Positions 1 through 12,900 of a stretch of 64,000 nucleotides of DNA are shown here, piece by piece. This DNA comes from Eledone cirrhosa. Taxonomy: Eukaryota. The notes under the pieces were generated by a model. That model ran no database searches, was not told where the DNA came from, and worked only from the letters and a program-made list of their open reading frames with translations. A program made the position numbers and the translations under genes. Positions within the stretch are counted from its first letter, which is position 1. Every line of letters begins with the position of its first letter. Location: contig OZ024741.1 in the NCBI GenBank assembly GCA_964016885.1, forward strand, positions 172,670,001 through 172,734,000, written 5' to 3'.

Positions 1-1806
1 AGCGCCAACCTCGTCGCGAGCACCTTGGCCAAAATCTTTAACTCTGTGTTGAGTATACCTGGAGATGCCGCGCTGAGGCTGTGGCATCTCCAGGTATTCC
101 TCACCGACCCCCAACCGGTGTGGGCCCCGTTTGTGAGACAGGCTTTCCCACAGCTCGTCTCGCTGACGGAGCTGGGTCAAGAAAAGACCGAAAACGATGG
201 GCGCCTGGCACATTGAATGCACTCTGTGTTGAGCTGTGTTGAGCCTGAAGTTGTTAATTTCGTCCCCCTTGTTCTCGTCTTTCCTGATCAGCGTTACTAC
301 GCCCTTGCCTGCAGAACTGGGGATTCTCCCGTTCTGCTTCCAATTGCAGTAGACGGCTTCGAGGACGCCAGAGAACAAGTCCGGCATACCTATGTAAAAC
401 TCATAGGGTAGACCATCTAGACCGGGTAACTTGCGTTTCCCGCAGCGGCCCAGAGCGTCCCGTATCTCAGTGTCCGTGATTGGTCTATCGCAGAACTCGG
501 CGTCCGTATTCGAGAGACGCGACAGGCCGTCGAGGTATGAACTAAAGTTCATTGCCCCGTTCGGCTTACCGTCGTTCTGCTCAAACAGTCGCGCAAAGTG
601 CTGCTGAAAGTCCGTGCACATTTGCTTGGGGTCAAGTAGCACGCGTCCGTTTTGATCTTTCAAAGACCGAATCGTGGACTTGTTGCCACTTTTTGCCTCC
701 GCCACTCAGGCCCAGCTGACAGATTTCGCTCCTTCATTTCCTAGAGCATGAGTTTTGCTTCTGACCACGCAGTCTTCGTGTTTTGCATCGAAGAACTGGT
801 CCAGTGCCGTTCTCGACGCTAACACTCTAGCCGCGTTGCCACTTCTAAGTGCCTCCTCTACCTTGGCTATTAGTTCTCTTTCTATTTTGTTTTTCTCTAA
901 GGCTAACTTCTCTGCTAAACCCTATCGATTCTATTCTAATTTCTTTCTTGAGAGAGTACCACCATCTATTGTTGACGATGGCTCCTGTTAACTGTTGCTT
1001 GACTAGTCTACTTATCCGTTCACTGTAATCTTTACGTGCCGGCAACGAGACGTTCAGCTTCCAGTATCCGGGTCCTTGTTTATGTGTTCTATCACGGTTG
1101 ACTAAGCAGACAACTAATTTGTGATCTGAATAGGCAACCATGTGCATTCGTGGACAGCTTAACATCTCCTTGTCCCTTTTTCTAATGAAGAAACTATCTA
1201 AATACGATCTAGATGTCCCGCTGCGGTTTGCCCACGTCCACTGTGGTGCAGTCGGGAAATCCAGTCGATACCTGTCGGCCAGTTGGAATTGGCCGATTAA
1301 AGTTTTGAGGCTGTTGCACTCCGCTCTACTGGGACATGCTCCACATAGTCCCATCGAGCATCTAGGATACCATTCCAGTCCCCCACTAAAAGTAAAGAGC
1401 GAGACGTTCCCAGAAAGGACTCTAGACGCTTAAAGAAGTCTGGCCGTGATTGCGATTGCCCGGTCGGGGCATAAACGGCCACCAGTCTGAAGGCTCTACC
1501 TCCAATACTGTTCACGTCTAGGACTACCAGTCTACCCTCCGGGTCCAAGTGTACTTGCTGTACTTCGACGTCCAAGTTCTTCCGAAACATGACAACCACT
1601 CCACCCCACCAACTGGCTGACAGAGAGATGCGTAGATCTCAAATCCGTCGAAGATGGGTGTTAGTTGCTGCCTGTTGTGGATCCTGGACTCGGTGATGGC
1701 TATCACATCCATACCGTGTGACCTAAGGTCGTTTAAAAGTTGGCCCTGTTTCCAGGGCATCCCTAGGCCACGCACATTCACGCTTCCAACTCGTAAACTA
1801 GCCTTG
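1..1806 (-). pseudogene. ORF2 (APE endonuclease + RT N-terminal part) of Tx1 copy A, disrupted
   Basis: ORF pieces 1524-1880, 1297-1599 and 845-1354 match ORF2 of copy B. The start codon appears mutated (AAC AAG GCT vs AAC ATG GCT in copy C). Confidence 0.85.
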
Positions 1807-1845
1807 TTGGTGAAGAAGAGTTGGAGAAATGGGCGAAAGGTGCAC

Positions 1846-3754
1846 TGATCTTTTCGTTTCCTGGAGATCGGGTTGTTCAATCTCCATTTGGGTGCTGGAT
1901 GGGGTGTTGGGTGTGGTGAGGAAACATTTTAATAGGACGCGGTTGATGGGTTTATGGTCGGGGTTGACAACGTCCTGTGAAAATTTATTTTTTAGGTCAT
2001 TATAGGTTTCCATAGAAACCCTTATAAGTTTAAGGTTTGGAGACGATTCTGCCCTGACGAAAGTTTTACCCTCCGTCTCCACCTTAGGGTTTTGGGCGAT
2101 GACCTCCATCAAATTCTTGTTGTTTGTGTTGATGTATGCGTATTGTTGTTTGTGTTTTTGTTGTGTTGTTTTAGTGTGTTGTTCGTCCGGGAGTTTTCTT
2201 TTTATGGTGGGTGCTTGTGTTTGGGGTGGTGTTGGTGTTGGTTTTGTTGATAGGGGGATGTTTGACTGTGGTGCTGTTTGTGTTGTTGTTTGTGTCTGTG
2301 GTTGTGTGTTGGTGTTGGTGATTGGAGTTTTGTGGGTTTGGGGGTGTCTCTTTTTTTTATTTTTAGATTTCCGCGGCTCTCCCTCTTCTTCACTTAAAGA
2401 AGGAGAAGCAGCTTCATCCATCGATGAATAATCATCGTCAGGTGTGTGGGGTAGGGGTATGTTGTGTGGTGGTGGTGTTTCGGTGTGTTTGTTTGTGGTA
2501 GTGTTTGATGGAGTGGGATAGGGTGGGGCTGTGTTCTACAGGGGTGTTGTCTCTGTTTTTTCTGTTGTTGTTGGTTGAGTGTCTGTTTGTTTTGGTGTGG
2601 TTGCTCGTTTCGTCTGTCGTTGTACTTGTGGTGGTGGTGGTTGCTTTTGTGTTGGTGTTGGTAATAGTGTTCTTTTAATGATGTTGTTGTGTGTTTGTGA
2701 AGGACAAGAGGCTTTTAGGTGTGCTGCGCTACCACAGCGAAAGCAATGAAATTTTCGTCCTTCTACCGACATGTTTATTTTGTTGTTATCATCGATGACG
2801 ACTCTTTCGGGTATTTTGGAGATTCTCCGGCCTCATTTGCAACAGAATCTCCAAATCAGTACCCGCCCACCTTTGTCGAATAGACTTTCGTATCGAAAGA
2901 ATCATATCAGTTTCTGGCTCTACGAAGCCAGCCAAGATCCACCAGATGTTAATGTTTGGGGGTATATTTTTTATTTTTATTTTTTGTGTCCTTTTTCCCA
3001 TGTATGTAGGGACAAAGTTGAATGCTTTTGACACCATTGGTGTCACAGAATGTTTTTGGGCGAGTGCCTCGCTTTTAAACAGTACGGAAACACTTCCGTA
3101 CTGTTTTCCTCGTTGGAGAAAATCGATATTTGCTAGAATTTCCTTGAAAGTAGCTTCTATATCTGCTTAACTAACAAATATCGGCTTTCTCGTGGAATTG
3201 GACACAGTCCTAAAGGCGACTGATCTTCGAACTGTGTCTTCCTTTATTTCAAGGGGTGAGTTAATTCTAAACCCACCTTTCTCTTCGAAAGTTACAAATT
3301 TTCTCCCTTGCTGGAGCATATCTCTTGCATTGGAGATGTCAAGATTTATAAAATCTTGTTTTTTGTTCACTGTTTCAGCGAAAGACATTTTCTTTTTTTG
3401 TGTGGTGTTGTTGCTGTTGTTGTTATCGTTGTTAGCCTCGGTGTTGGAAATCTCAGTTCCTTGACGAGGTGAAATTTTATGTGTAGATGTATCTGTGGAG
3501 TTGTTGATGTCTTTTTCATGTGTATGCATGTTAATAGGTTTAATTTCTGTGTTTTCATGTGAGTTAGTGTTATTTTTCTCCGCTTCGACGGTAGAAATTG
3601 TACAATTTTCGAGTGGTAACACTTTTTCCTCTTTGTTGACAGTCGTATCTATGGCGACGTCCATGGTAGCAGAAGCAGATATAACGTTAAAATCTGCCTC
3701 TTTCTCTCTCTTTTCTCTATTGAGGTCCTCCAACGTTCCCTTCGTGTTATTCAT
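1846..3754 (-). pseudogene. ORF1 (gag-like nucleic-acid-binding protein) of Tx1 copy A, frameshifted
   Basis: ORF pieces 3167-3754, 2789-3046, 2536-2772 (CFRCGSAAHLKASC) and 1798-2421 are colinear with ORF1 of copies B and E. Confidence 0.8.
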
Positions 3755-3961
3755 GTTTTATAGTTTGCAAAATTTGATATTTTAAAACAATTTTTAAACT
3801 AAATGTTCGCCCCTAAAGGGGCGAAAAATGCGATTACCACCCAGGTGACAATTCAGCTTGGGGTTTAATCTACAAAATAATATGTTTTTGCAAACAATTT
3901 GTTCTGTTTTTCGTATATAAATTTACAAAAAATCTTACCGGCGAGGTTCCACGCGTCAGGC

Positions 3962-3991
3962 AGATAGATAGATAGATAGATTGATAGATAT
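3962..3991. repeat. (GATA)n microsatellite between Tx1 copies A and B
   Basis: agatagatagatagattgatagata. Confidence 0.95.
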
Positions 3992-4207
3992 ATTTCTTTA
4001 TTTACCATAAAGGCATAAAAAGAAGGGACAAATACAAAGGGGGAGTTTACATAAAATCGAGTAAAAAGGGTATAAAATGAAATTAATCGAAAACAACCTC
4101 AAAAGGGAGGGCACGTGATGGGGGTTGCACACACCCCCGAAAAAGTGTGCAATCCTTTGCCCGGGGAGCACATGGAGAAGGTGCTCCCCTCTCCTTCACT
4201 TCTTTAC

Positions 4208-7200
4208 CTACAGGATGGTATACAGAGAAGGCCCATTTACACGAGCCATTCTCGCCACTATCACGCACCTTTCATAAAACTGTCTGTGGCCAAGCACCTC
4301 TCTCTCCATTCTTATCCTTCTTCCGAAGTGATATCGGAAGAAGTAGACCAGACTATGGCCAGAAAGGAAGTTGCCTGACCCCAGACCTTTCAATCGTGTC
4401 CACCAAACAACCTCTTTCAACATGGCTATTACGCACAGAAAAACCGCCTTTGCTTCCTTTGTGAAGCGGGGAGGCGGCTTGATTGTCATCACGGACTCGG
4501 CGGTCAATCGAATCGGCGCCACCCGCGACAGCAGTCGTTCAGCGTAGCCCCACAGATCAGCCACGCCCGGACATTGCACCAATGCGTGCGCAACGGTTTC
4601 TTCGTGACGCACGCATCTAGGGCAAATCTTTTTCGAGGGATCCCTGCCCGGGCGCCCGTGTCTGTAGAGCCTCTCTCGAACGGGTAGAGCCCCCGGTAGC
4701 ACTGCCAGGCTAGTGACATCTGGAAGTTGTCCATTGGTCCCGGGCCGAAAGTCCTACCGAACAGGCTGGCCAGTTCGTCTTCTTCCATGTCCAGCGACTC
4801 TCCAAGGGTGTCATCGCCCCTGCTAGCCACCAGCCCTCTATAGAATGATGAGGTGGATTCTCCACCGATGGCCTGGCCCGCTTGCCAGAGAGTCCTGAGC
4901 GCCTGGGCACACTCAGTGTGCCAGTCTCCCAGTTTTCCGGATCTTTGCTTGACCCAGGACTGCAACTCCGTGAGCGAGACGAGTCTCGGAAAGGCTCGTT
5001 TCACGAACGGAGCCCACACCGGTTAACCAGTGAGGAATACCTGTAGGTGCCGTAGCCTTAATGCGTGCCTACGCATCATCAACCACGGCATCCCCAGCCC
5101 TCCTTTCGAAGGTTGTTGGCAGCAGATGGATCTTCTCACCATAGGAGGGCGCTTCTTCCAAAGAAATTGGAAGAGCATGCGTTCCATGGTGGTGAGTGTT
5201 TCCTTAGGGCAAGGCACGACAGTCAGGCGGTAGTAAGTGAAGGGCGCTATGTAAATGTTCGCCACCTCCGCCCGACCTTTTAGGGACAGCTTACACTTGG
5301 CCCATTTCTGGGTTAGTGCAAACACCTTGTTCGTAACCTCGTCCAAATTCTTTTCCACCTGGAGGTCCGGTCCAAACCAGACCCCAAGCAACTTCACCGG
5401 GCCCTCCGTCCAGTGTCCGACGACACCGTCGGGAGGCATCGGTCTGCCTCTCCACGTTCCGAGTTGCAGCCCGATGGATTTTTCCCGGTTCAGTTTCGCT
5501 CCTGACAACCTTTCGTAATCCTCCAGTAAGGTACCGATCGCCTCGATTTCCGAGTCGGTCGATACCATTACTGTTACGTCATCGGCGTAGGCCGACACCG
5601 CTTTGCTCAATCCTGGTTCCAGGGGGATACCCTGCAACAACTCCAACTTCCTCAGTAAAGGCTCGAGAGTCAATACGTACAGAAGGGAGGAGAGAGGGCA
5701 CCCCTGTCGAATGGATCGTGTGATTTCGAACGGCTTCGAAAGGTAGCCGTTCACCTTGATCCTAGAACAGATGTGGTTGCTATGTAAGGCAGTGATCCAG
5801 CCTCTGAAAACAGGACCGAACCCAGCCGCCGCTAGCACCGCATCCAGGTAACCATGGTCGACTCTATCGAAAGCCTTAGACTGATCCAAGTTGATCAGGG
5901 CCCCACCGAAGCCGGGTTTGTTGCCAACCCTCTCTATGATGTATCGCATGAGGTGGAGGTTATCGTGAATGGACCTGGATGGGATAGCACATGTCTGTGC
6001 ATCTGCCACCAGGCTACCCACGACAAGCGCCAACCTCTTTGCTAACACCTTGGCCAAACTCTTTAACTCTGTGTTTAGCAGGGTTATGGGCCGAAAATTA
6101 TTTATATTATCCCCCTTGTTCTCGTCCTTCTTCACCAGCGAGACTACGCCCTTGGCTACAGAACAAGAAATTCTCCCGTTCTGCTGCCAATTGCAGTAGA
6201 CCGCTTCGAGGAGTTCGGAGAAGAATACCGGCATTGCTAAATAAAGTTCGTAAGGTATACCATCGAGACCTGGAGATTTGCGTCTGCTGCATTGGCTCAG
6301 CGCATCCCCGATCTCATCAGCCGAGATTGGTCCCTCGCAGGACTCTGCCTCTTCGCTCGAGAGACGCGGCAGGCCGTCGAGGTATGGACCGAAATCCACG
6401 TCCCCGCCCGGACCCTCGCCTCCCCCGAATAATCGGGCAAAGTTCCTTTGAAAGGCCTCGCACATCTGCTTAGGCTCCCGGATCACCCGTCCATCCACGT
6501 CTTGCAACGACCGGATGGTGGATCGATTTCCACTCTTAGCTTCTGTCACGCGGGCCCAGCCAACGGCTTTGGCCCCCTCATTACCTAGAGCACGTATTTT
6601 ACTTCGAATGACGCAGCCTTCGTGCTTTGCATCGAAAAACTGGTTCAAGGCCGTCCTCGATGCCAGCACTCTGGCCACATCTTCGCTCTTGATTGCTTCT
6701 TCTAATTTACCTGTTAATTCTTTCTCGTTTCTATTCCTATCGGCAGCTAACATCTTGCTATAACTTATTGATTCTGTTCTAATCTCTCTTTTGAGAGATG
6801 CCCACCATCGGTTGTTGACGATTGCACCCGTCAACCTCTCCTTAACTAATCTGCTAATGCGGTTTCTGTAAGTCTCTTTTGCCGGTAAAGACAAATTAAG
6901 TTTCCAGTAACCGGGAACCTGTTTATGTGTTTTCTCGAGATTGACTACGCAGGTCACTAATTTGTGATCCGTATAGCCAACCGTGCGCATTTCTGGACAG
7001 CTTAATATGTCCCTATCCTTACTTCTAACTAAGAATCTATCTAAGTACGATCTAGATTGACCACTGTGGTTTCTCCAAGTCCAGGTAGGCACAGTTGGAA
7101 AATCTAGTCGATATCTATCGACCAAGTTAAAACGGTCGAGTAACCCCTTGAGGCTGTTACACCCCACTCTATTAGGACATGCTCCTGCATAGTCCCAACG

Positions 7201-7644
7201 TGCATCTAGGATGTCATTCCAATCCCCCACTAGAAGCAGGGAACACGACGTTCCCAGAAAAGTCTCCAAACGCTGGAAGAAGTCGGGCCGTTCAGCTCCG
7301 AAAGGGGAGTAGACGGCGACCAGTCTCAAGGCCGCACCTTCACTACTGCCAACGTCTAGCACCAACAAACGACCCTCCGGGTGCGAGTGAACAACCTGTA
7401 CGGCAAGACCCCGGTGTTTTTGCAGCAGTACGACAACCCCACCCCCACCTCCAGGTTGACAGAGAGATGCATGCACCTCAAAGTCATCGAAGGTAGGGGT
7501 CAGCTGCCGCACGACGCTGATCCGAGTCTCACAGATAACCATTACATTTATACCACATGACCTGAGGTCATTTAGAAGCTTTGCTTGCTTCCAAGTTGAG
7601 CCCAGGCCACGTGCATTCAAACATCCTACTCTTAACACATCCAT
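4208..7644 (-). pseudogene. ORF2 of copy B: APE endonuclease, reverse transcriptase, C-terminal CCHC zinc finger. One premature stop (5023) and a frameshift (~4705)
   Basis: 873-aa ORF with GDWN, YTDH, QGCPLS and YADD motifs. Continues in 4504-5019 and 4208-4702 (CPRC...ETVAHALVQC). Confidence 0.92.
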
Positions 7645-7677
7645 GTGGGCGGCAGAGCCAAAGGAGAGTGTAGAGAC

Positions 7678-9585
7678 CTACCTTTCTGCTTCCCGGGGTT
7701 CGGGTCGCACGACTTCCATGGGGTCGGGGATGTTGGGTGAAGGGGTGTCTTGTGGTGATGTGGGGTCGTCAGTGTGTGGTGGGGTTGGGGTGTTTGGAGT
7801 TGTGTTGGGGAGGGGAAGGGGAGGGGGGAAAGCTTTTTAGTAGGACGCGGTTTATGGGTTTGACAGAGGGTGGTCCTACGTCCTCCTTAAAATCCTCTTT
7901 TAGTTTTTGGTAGAGGTTCATTGGGATCTTTATTAATTTTAAATGTGGGTAGTTTTCTGAAGAAACAAAGTTTACACCTTCGGTTTGTACCGAAGGATTA
8001 TTGTTTATGAGTTCATTTAATTTATTATTGTTTCTGTTGATGTAAGTATAGTGTAATGTCTTTTTTACGGATGGTGTGAGTGTTTCGAAGAAGGGAGGGG
8101 CAGGTTTGGTTTTGTTTGTTGCTGGAGGGGTGTTTTGTGTTTTGTTGGATTGTGTTGACATTTGGGTGGGGGTTGTTTGGCCTTGTGTGTTTTGCACATG
8201 TTTTCTTTTTTTCCTTTTAATCTGTCTGAAGGACTCCGTTTCTTCCTCCGAATTCGTTGGGTTATCTTCAGTGTTGGAGGGAAGAGGTATGTTTGCTGGT
8301 AATGTTTCCGTGTTGGTTTTCTTTGTGGGGGAGATGGATGTCACTATGTTAGACTGTGTTGTGCGTTGTGGCTGCGGTGGTTGTGTTGTTTTATTGAGTG
8401 AGGGGTTGGGTGGGCCTGTATTTTGTTTTGGGGGTAATGTGTTGTGACTGTTTGTGTTGTGGTGGTGGTGTAGTTTTACTGAGGGACGGGTTGGGTGGGA
8501 CTGAGTTTTGTTGTTTGTTTATCTGTTGTGGTGGTGGCGGTGGAGCTGGTGTTGGTAGCAGGGTTTTCTTTTTGTTGAGTTGGGGACAAGCGGCCTTCAG
8601 GTGCCATCTGCCTGCACAGATATGACAGGACGGCCTTCTCCCCTCTACGCTAATGTTTATATACCCGTGGCCCTCTAATAGGATTCTGTCGGGTATTTGG
8701 GCGATGCGTTCAGGCTTCATTTGCACTACAAGCTCTATACCTGTTCCACTGAACGCATTGCCTGTGGTTTTCCTAATGGAAATCACGTTGTCATTCACTG
8801 GATCGATGAAGCCAGCTATGAGCCAGCAGTAGTCCACATCTGGCATCATTGCATCCAGCCATATGCGTTCTTTTACCCATATAAGATGGATAAAAGGTAA
8901 AATTTTTCGAACGAATCGGTGACAAAGCACATTTTTTTGCCGCCGATTCGTTCTTCATAATAATCGCTAGGCTTCCATACAGTCTGTCTTTTCTTATGAA
9001 AGTGGTTTCATTAAGTACTTCTGTAAGTACTGTTTTGTTTTCTGCTTGAGTTGGCTGTTCAGGTTTTTTTGAAGTGTTGTTGATGGTGCGGAACACAACC
9101 GTTCGACTTTCAATGTCTTTGGTGAGTTCTTGAGGTATTTTTACCGATAAAATACCATTCTCTCCTTCACTTATGTATTGTTTGGCGTCTGTGATTCTTT
9201 GTGCCACATCTGAAATATTTTCAGGTATATATGTCAAAGATTACTTTGTTGTTTGTGCAAATGAAATCTTGTTAGTGTTGACTTTGTCGTCTGCTTTGCT
9301 TTCTGTTATGATGTTGTTTTCAAATGTTATTTTTGTGTTTGTTGTGTCTTTGTTTGTGGTATTAATATTGTCATGCAATTTTTCAAATTTTTTTTTTTCG
9401 TTGTTGGAATCCATGTCCAGATTTGTGTTTTCGTCATTTTCTCCGCAGATTCGTCTGTTTTTATTTTATTTTTTTCCTTCCTTCTCTATGACGTTAGTTG
9501 GGAAGGAAGAGGGGACTAAAGCGTGCGAGCTTACAACTCTAACCGCTGTCCCCCCACTACTATTTTCGTTCGCTTCGTTTAACAT
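7678..9585 (-). pseudogene. ORF1 of copy B, frameshifted
   Basis: Pieces 8791-9237, 8391-8930 (CHICAGRWHLKAAC) and 7769-8344. Ends ...EPREAER* like copy C. Confidence 0.8.
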
Positions 9586-9817
9586 TTCTGTCAGATGATT
9601 GAAATTATTTTTTGCCACAAAATTTTTAAAAACAGGTTTTTCACCCCTAGGAGGGGGTAAAGATGAGCTGACCCACCGCCTGACAGTTCAGTTCAAGCTA
9701 CACAATAGTATCAAAATTAAATTTGAACTTACAAAATTTCCGCAATAAATTTGAACAAAACTTCTGCGCGAAGTGAATTACATCTACGCTGTAGAACAGA
9801 CGACAGCTAGATTGTTT

Positions 9818-9901
<84 letters not shown>
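9818..9901. repeat. (GATA)n microsatellite between copies B and C
   Basis: About 21 perfect GATA units. Confidence 0.97.
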
Positions 9902-12900
9902 TGTTTCTTTTATTTGCCACCAGGGCATCAAAAGTGGGACAAGTACAATGGGAGGAGTTTACAAAACAAGGCGTCTTCAATAAGGAGGAGGCAATAACAA
10001 TATATAAAAATAAAATAAAATATAACAAAAAATAAAATTTATAACAAAGTCCTCAATAGAGAGGAGGCGCCTTGGGGAGTCGCACACACCCCCGAAAAAA
10101 AGTGTGCAACCCTTCTCCTCAGGAGCACAGAGAAGGGGTGCTCCCTTGGTCTTTCATCTTCCTCACCTATAGTCTGATGTAGAGTGAAGGCCCATTCACA
10201 CGGGCCATTCTCGCCACTTTCACCCATCTTTCATAGAAACGGCTGGGGTGCAGCACCTCTCTCTCCATCCTGATCCTTCTTCCGAAATGATATCGGAAGA
10301 AACGGACCAGTTGTTGGCCAGAGAGTAAGGTGTCTGACCTCAGTCCTTTCAGACGCGTCCACCATACAACCTCTTTCGCCATGGCTATTACGCACAGAAA
10401 CACCGCCTCTCCTTCGTTTTTGAAGAGGGGAGGCGGCTTGATCGTTACAATAGACTCGGTGGTCAACCTGATCGGTCCCACCCTTGACAGCAGTTGTTCG
10501 ACATAGCCCCACAGATCGGCAATGCCCGAGCAGTGTACCAATGCGTGTGCAACGGTTTCCTCGTCGCACACGCATCTGGGACAGATCTTTTTCGATGGGT
10601 CCCTACCCGGGCGCCCGTGTCTGTAGAGCCTTTCTCGAACGGGCAGAGCCCTTCTGTAGCATTGCCAGGCCAGGGACCTCTGGAAGTTATCCATGGGTCC
10701 CGGGCTGAATGTCCTACCGAACAGGTTGGCCAGTTCGTCTTCCTCCATGCCTAGGGCTTCTCCGAGGGCGTCGTCGCACCTGCTAACCACCAGCCCTCTA
10801 TAGAATGACGAGGTGGATTCTCCACTGACAGCCGGATTCGCCTGCCAGAGTGCCGTGAGCGCCTGGGCACACTCGGTGTGCCAGGCACCCAGTTTTCTCG
10901 GTCTTTGCTTGACCCAGAATTGCAGCTCGGTGAGTGAGACGAGTCTGGGAAAGGCTCGCCTCACAAACGGGGCCCACACCGGTTGACCGGAGAGGAATAC
11001 CTGAAGGTGCCGTAGCCTTAATGCGTGTTTACGTATCATTAGCCATGGCATCCCCAGCCCTCCTTTCGAAGGGTGTTGACAGCAGATGGATCTCCTCACC
11101 ATAGGAGCCCGCTTCTTCCAAAGGAATTGGAAGAGTGCGCGCTCCATTTTGGCGAGCGTTTCCCTTGGGCAAGGCACAACGGTCAGGCGCTAGTAGATGA
11201 CAGACGCTATATAAGTGTTCGCCACCTCCGCCCGACTTTTCAGGGACAGTTTGCACTCGGCCCACTTCTGGGTCAGTGCAAACACCCTGTTCGTCACCTC
11301 ACCCCAGTTCTTCTCCACCTGGAGGTCTGGTCCGAACCAGACCCCGAGCAACTTCACCGGGCCCTCCGTCCAGCGCCCGACTACGCCATCGGAGGGCATC
11401 GATCTGCCCCTCCACGTGCCGAGTTGCAGACCGATCGACTTGTCCCGGTTCAGCTTAGCCCCTGTAAACCTTTCGTACTCCTCCAGTAAGGTGCCGATCG
11501 CCCCGATTTCCGAGGCCGTCGACACCATTACTGTTACGTCATCGGCGTAGGCTGACACCGCTTTCCGCAATCCCGGGTCCAACGGGATGCCCTGCAACAA
11601 CTCCAACTTCCGCAGCAGTGGCTTGAGAGTCAACACATACAGAAGGGAGGAGAGAGGGCACCCTTGTCGGATGGACCGCGCGATTTTGAACGGCTCCGAG
11701 AGGTAGCCGTTCACCTTGACCCTAGAGCAGATGCGGCTGCTGTGCATGGCATTGATCCAGCTCCTGAAAATGGGTCCGAAGCCTGCCGCCGCTAGCACCG
11801 CATCCAGGTAACCATGGTCGACCCTATCGAATGCCTTAGATTGATCCAAGTTGATCAGGGCCCCACCAAAGCCGGGTTCGTTCCCAACCCTCTCTATGAT
11901 GTATCGCATGAGGTGGAGGTTATCGTGGATGGGATAGCACATGTCTGCGCATCTCCCACCAGGTTGCCCACGACAAGCGTCAACCTCTTTGCTAGCACCT
12001 TGGCCAAAATCTGTAACTCTGTATTTAGCAGAGTTATGGGCCTGAAATTATTTATATCGTCCCCCTTGTTCTCGTCCTTCCTCACTAGCGTGACTACGCC
12101 CTTGGTCACAGCACAGGGAATTCTCCCGTTCTGTTGCCAGTTGCAGTAGACCGCCTCGAGGAGATCGGGAAACAAGTCCGGCATAGCTAGATATAGTTCG
12201 TATGGAAGACCATCGAGACCCGGGGATTTGTGTTTGCCGCATTGGCTCAGCACGTCCTCTATCTCAGCGGCTGAAATCGGCTCCTCGCAGGACTTCGCCT
12301 CCCTGTCCGAGAGACGCGGCAGGCCGTCGAGGTATGGACCGAAGTCCACGTCCCCAACCAGCCCCCCGCCCCTTCCGAACAATCCGGCAAAGTGCTTTTG
12401 AAAAGCCTCGCACATCTGCTTAGGTTCAAGGATCACCCGTCCATCCTGGTCTCGCAAAGACCGGATAGTGGATCTGCTCCCTCTTTTGGCTTCTGTCACG
12501 CGGGCCCAGCTAACAGCTTTGGTCCCCTCGTTTCCCAGAGCACGTAATTTGCTTCGGACGATGCAGCCTTCGTGTTTCGCGTCGAAGAACTGGCCCAGGG
12601 CCGTTCTCGGCGCTAGCACTCTGGCCACGTCGCCGCTTCTAATTGCCTCTTCTACACTATCTACCAACTCCCTTTCCTTCCTATTTCTATTGGAGGCTAA
12701 CTCCTTACTAAATTCTATAGAGACTACTCTAATCTCTCTTTTGAGAGAACCCCACCACCTGCTGTTGACGATGGCGCCCGTCAACCGCTCCTTAACTAAA
12801 GTGCTAATCCGGTCCCTGTAAGTCTTACTTGCCGGTAAGGACAAGTTGAGCTTCCAGTAACCGGATCCCTGTCTATGAGTTCTGTCAAGGTTGATCATGC

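Larger units (their letters stand above)
1..3961 (-). mobile_element. Tx1/L1-clade non-LTR retrotransposon copy A (5' end present, runs off window start, decayed)
   Basis: 5' UTR abuts (GATA)n at 3962. Broken ORF1 with a CX2CX4HX4C knuckle. ORF2 has APE motifs (NVRGL, GDWNGILD, SYLD, YSDH) and the start of RT. Confidence 0.9.
3992..9817 (-). mobile_element. Tx1/L1-clade retrotransposon copy B, full length (~5.8 kb)
   Basis: 5' UTR, ORF1, ORF2 and 3' UTR with AATAAA are all present, flanked on both sides by (TATC)n in element sense. Confidence 0.93.

Noticed and set aside
5030-7496. Plus-strand ORFs overlapping Tx1 ORF2
   Set aside because: Antisense shadows of GC-rich coding sequence with no recognisable motifs.
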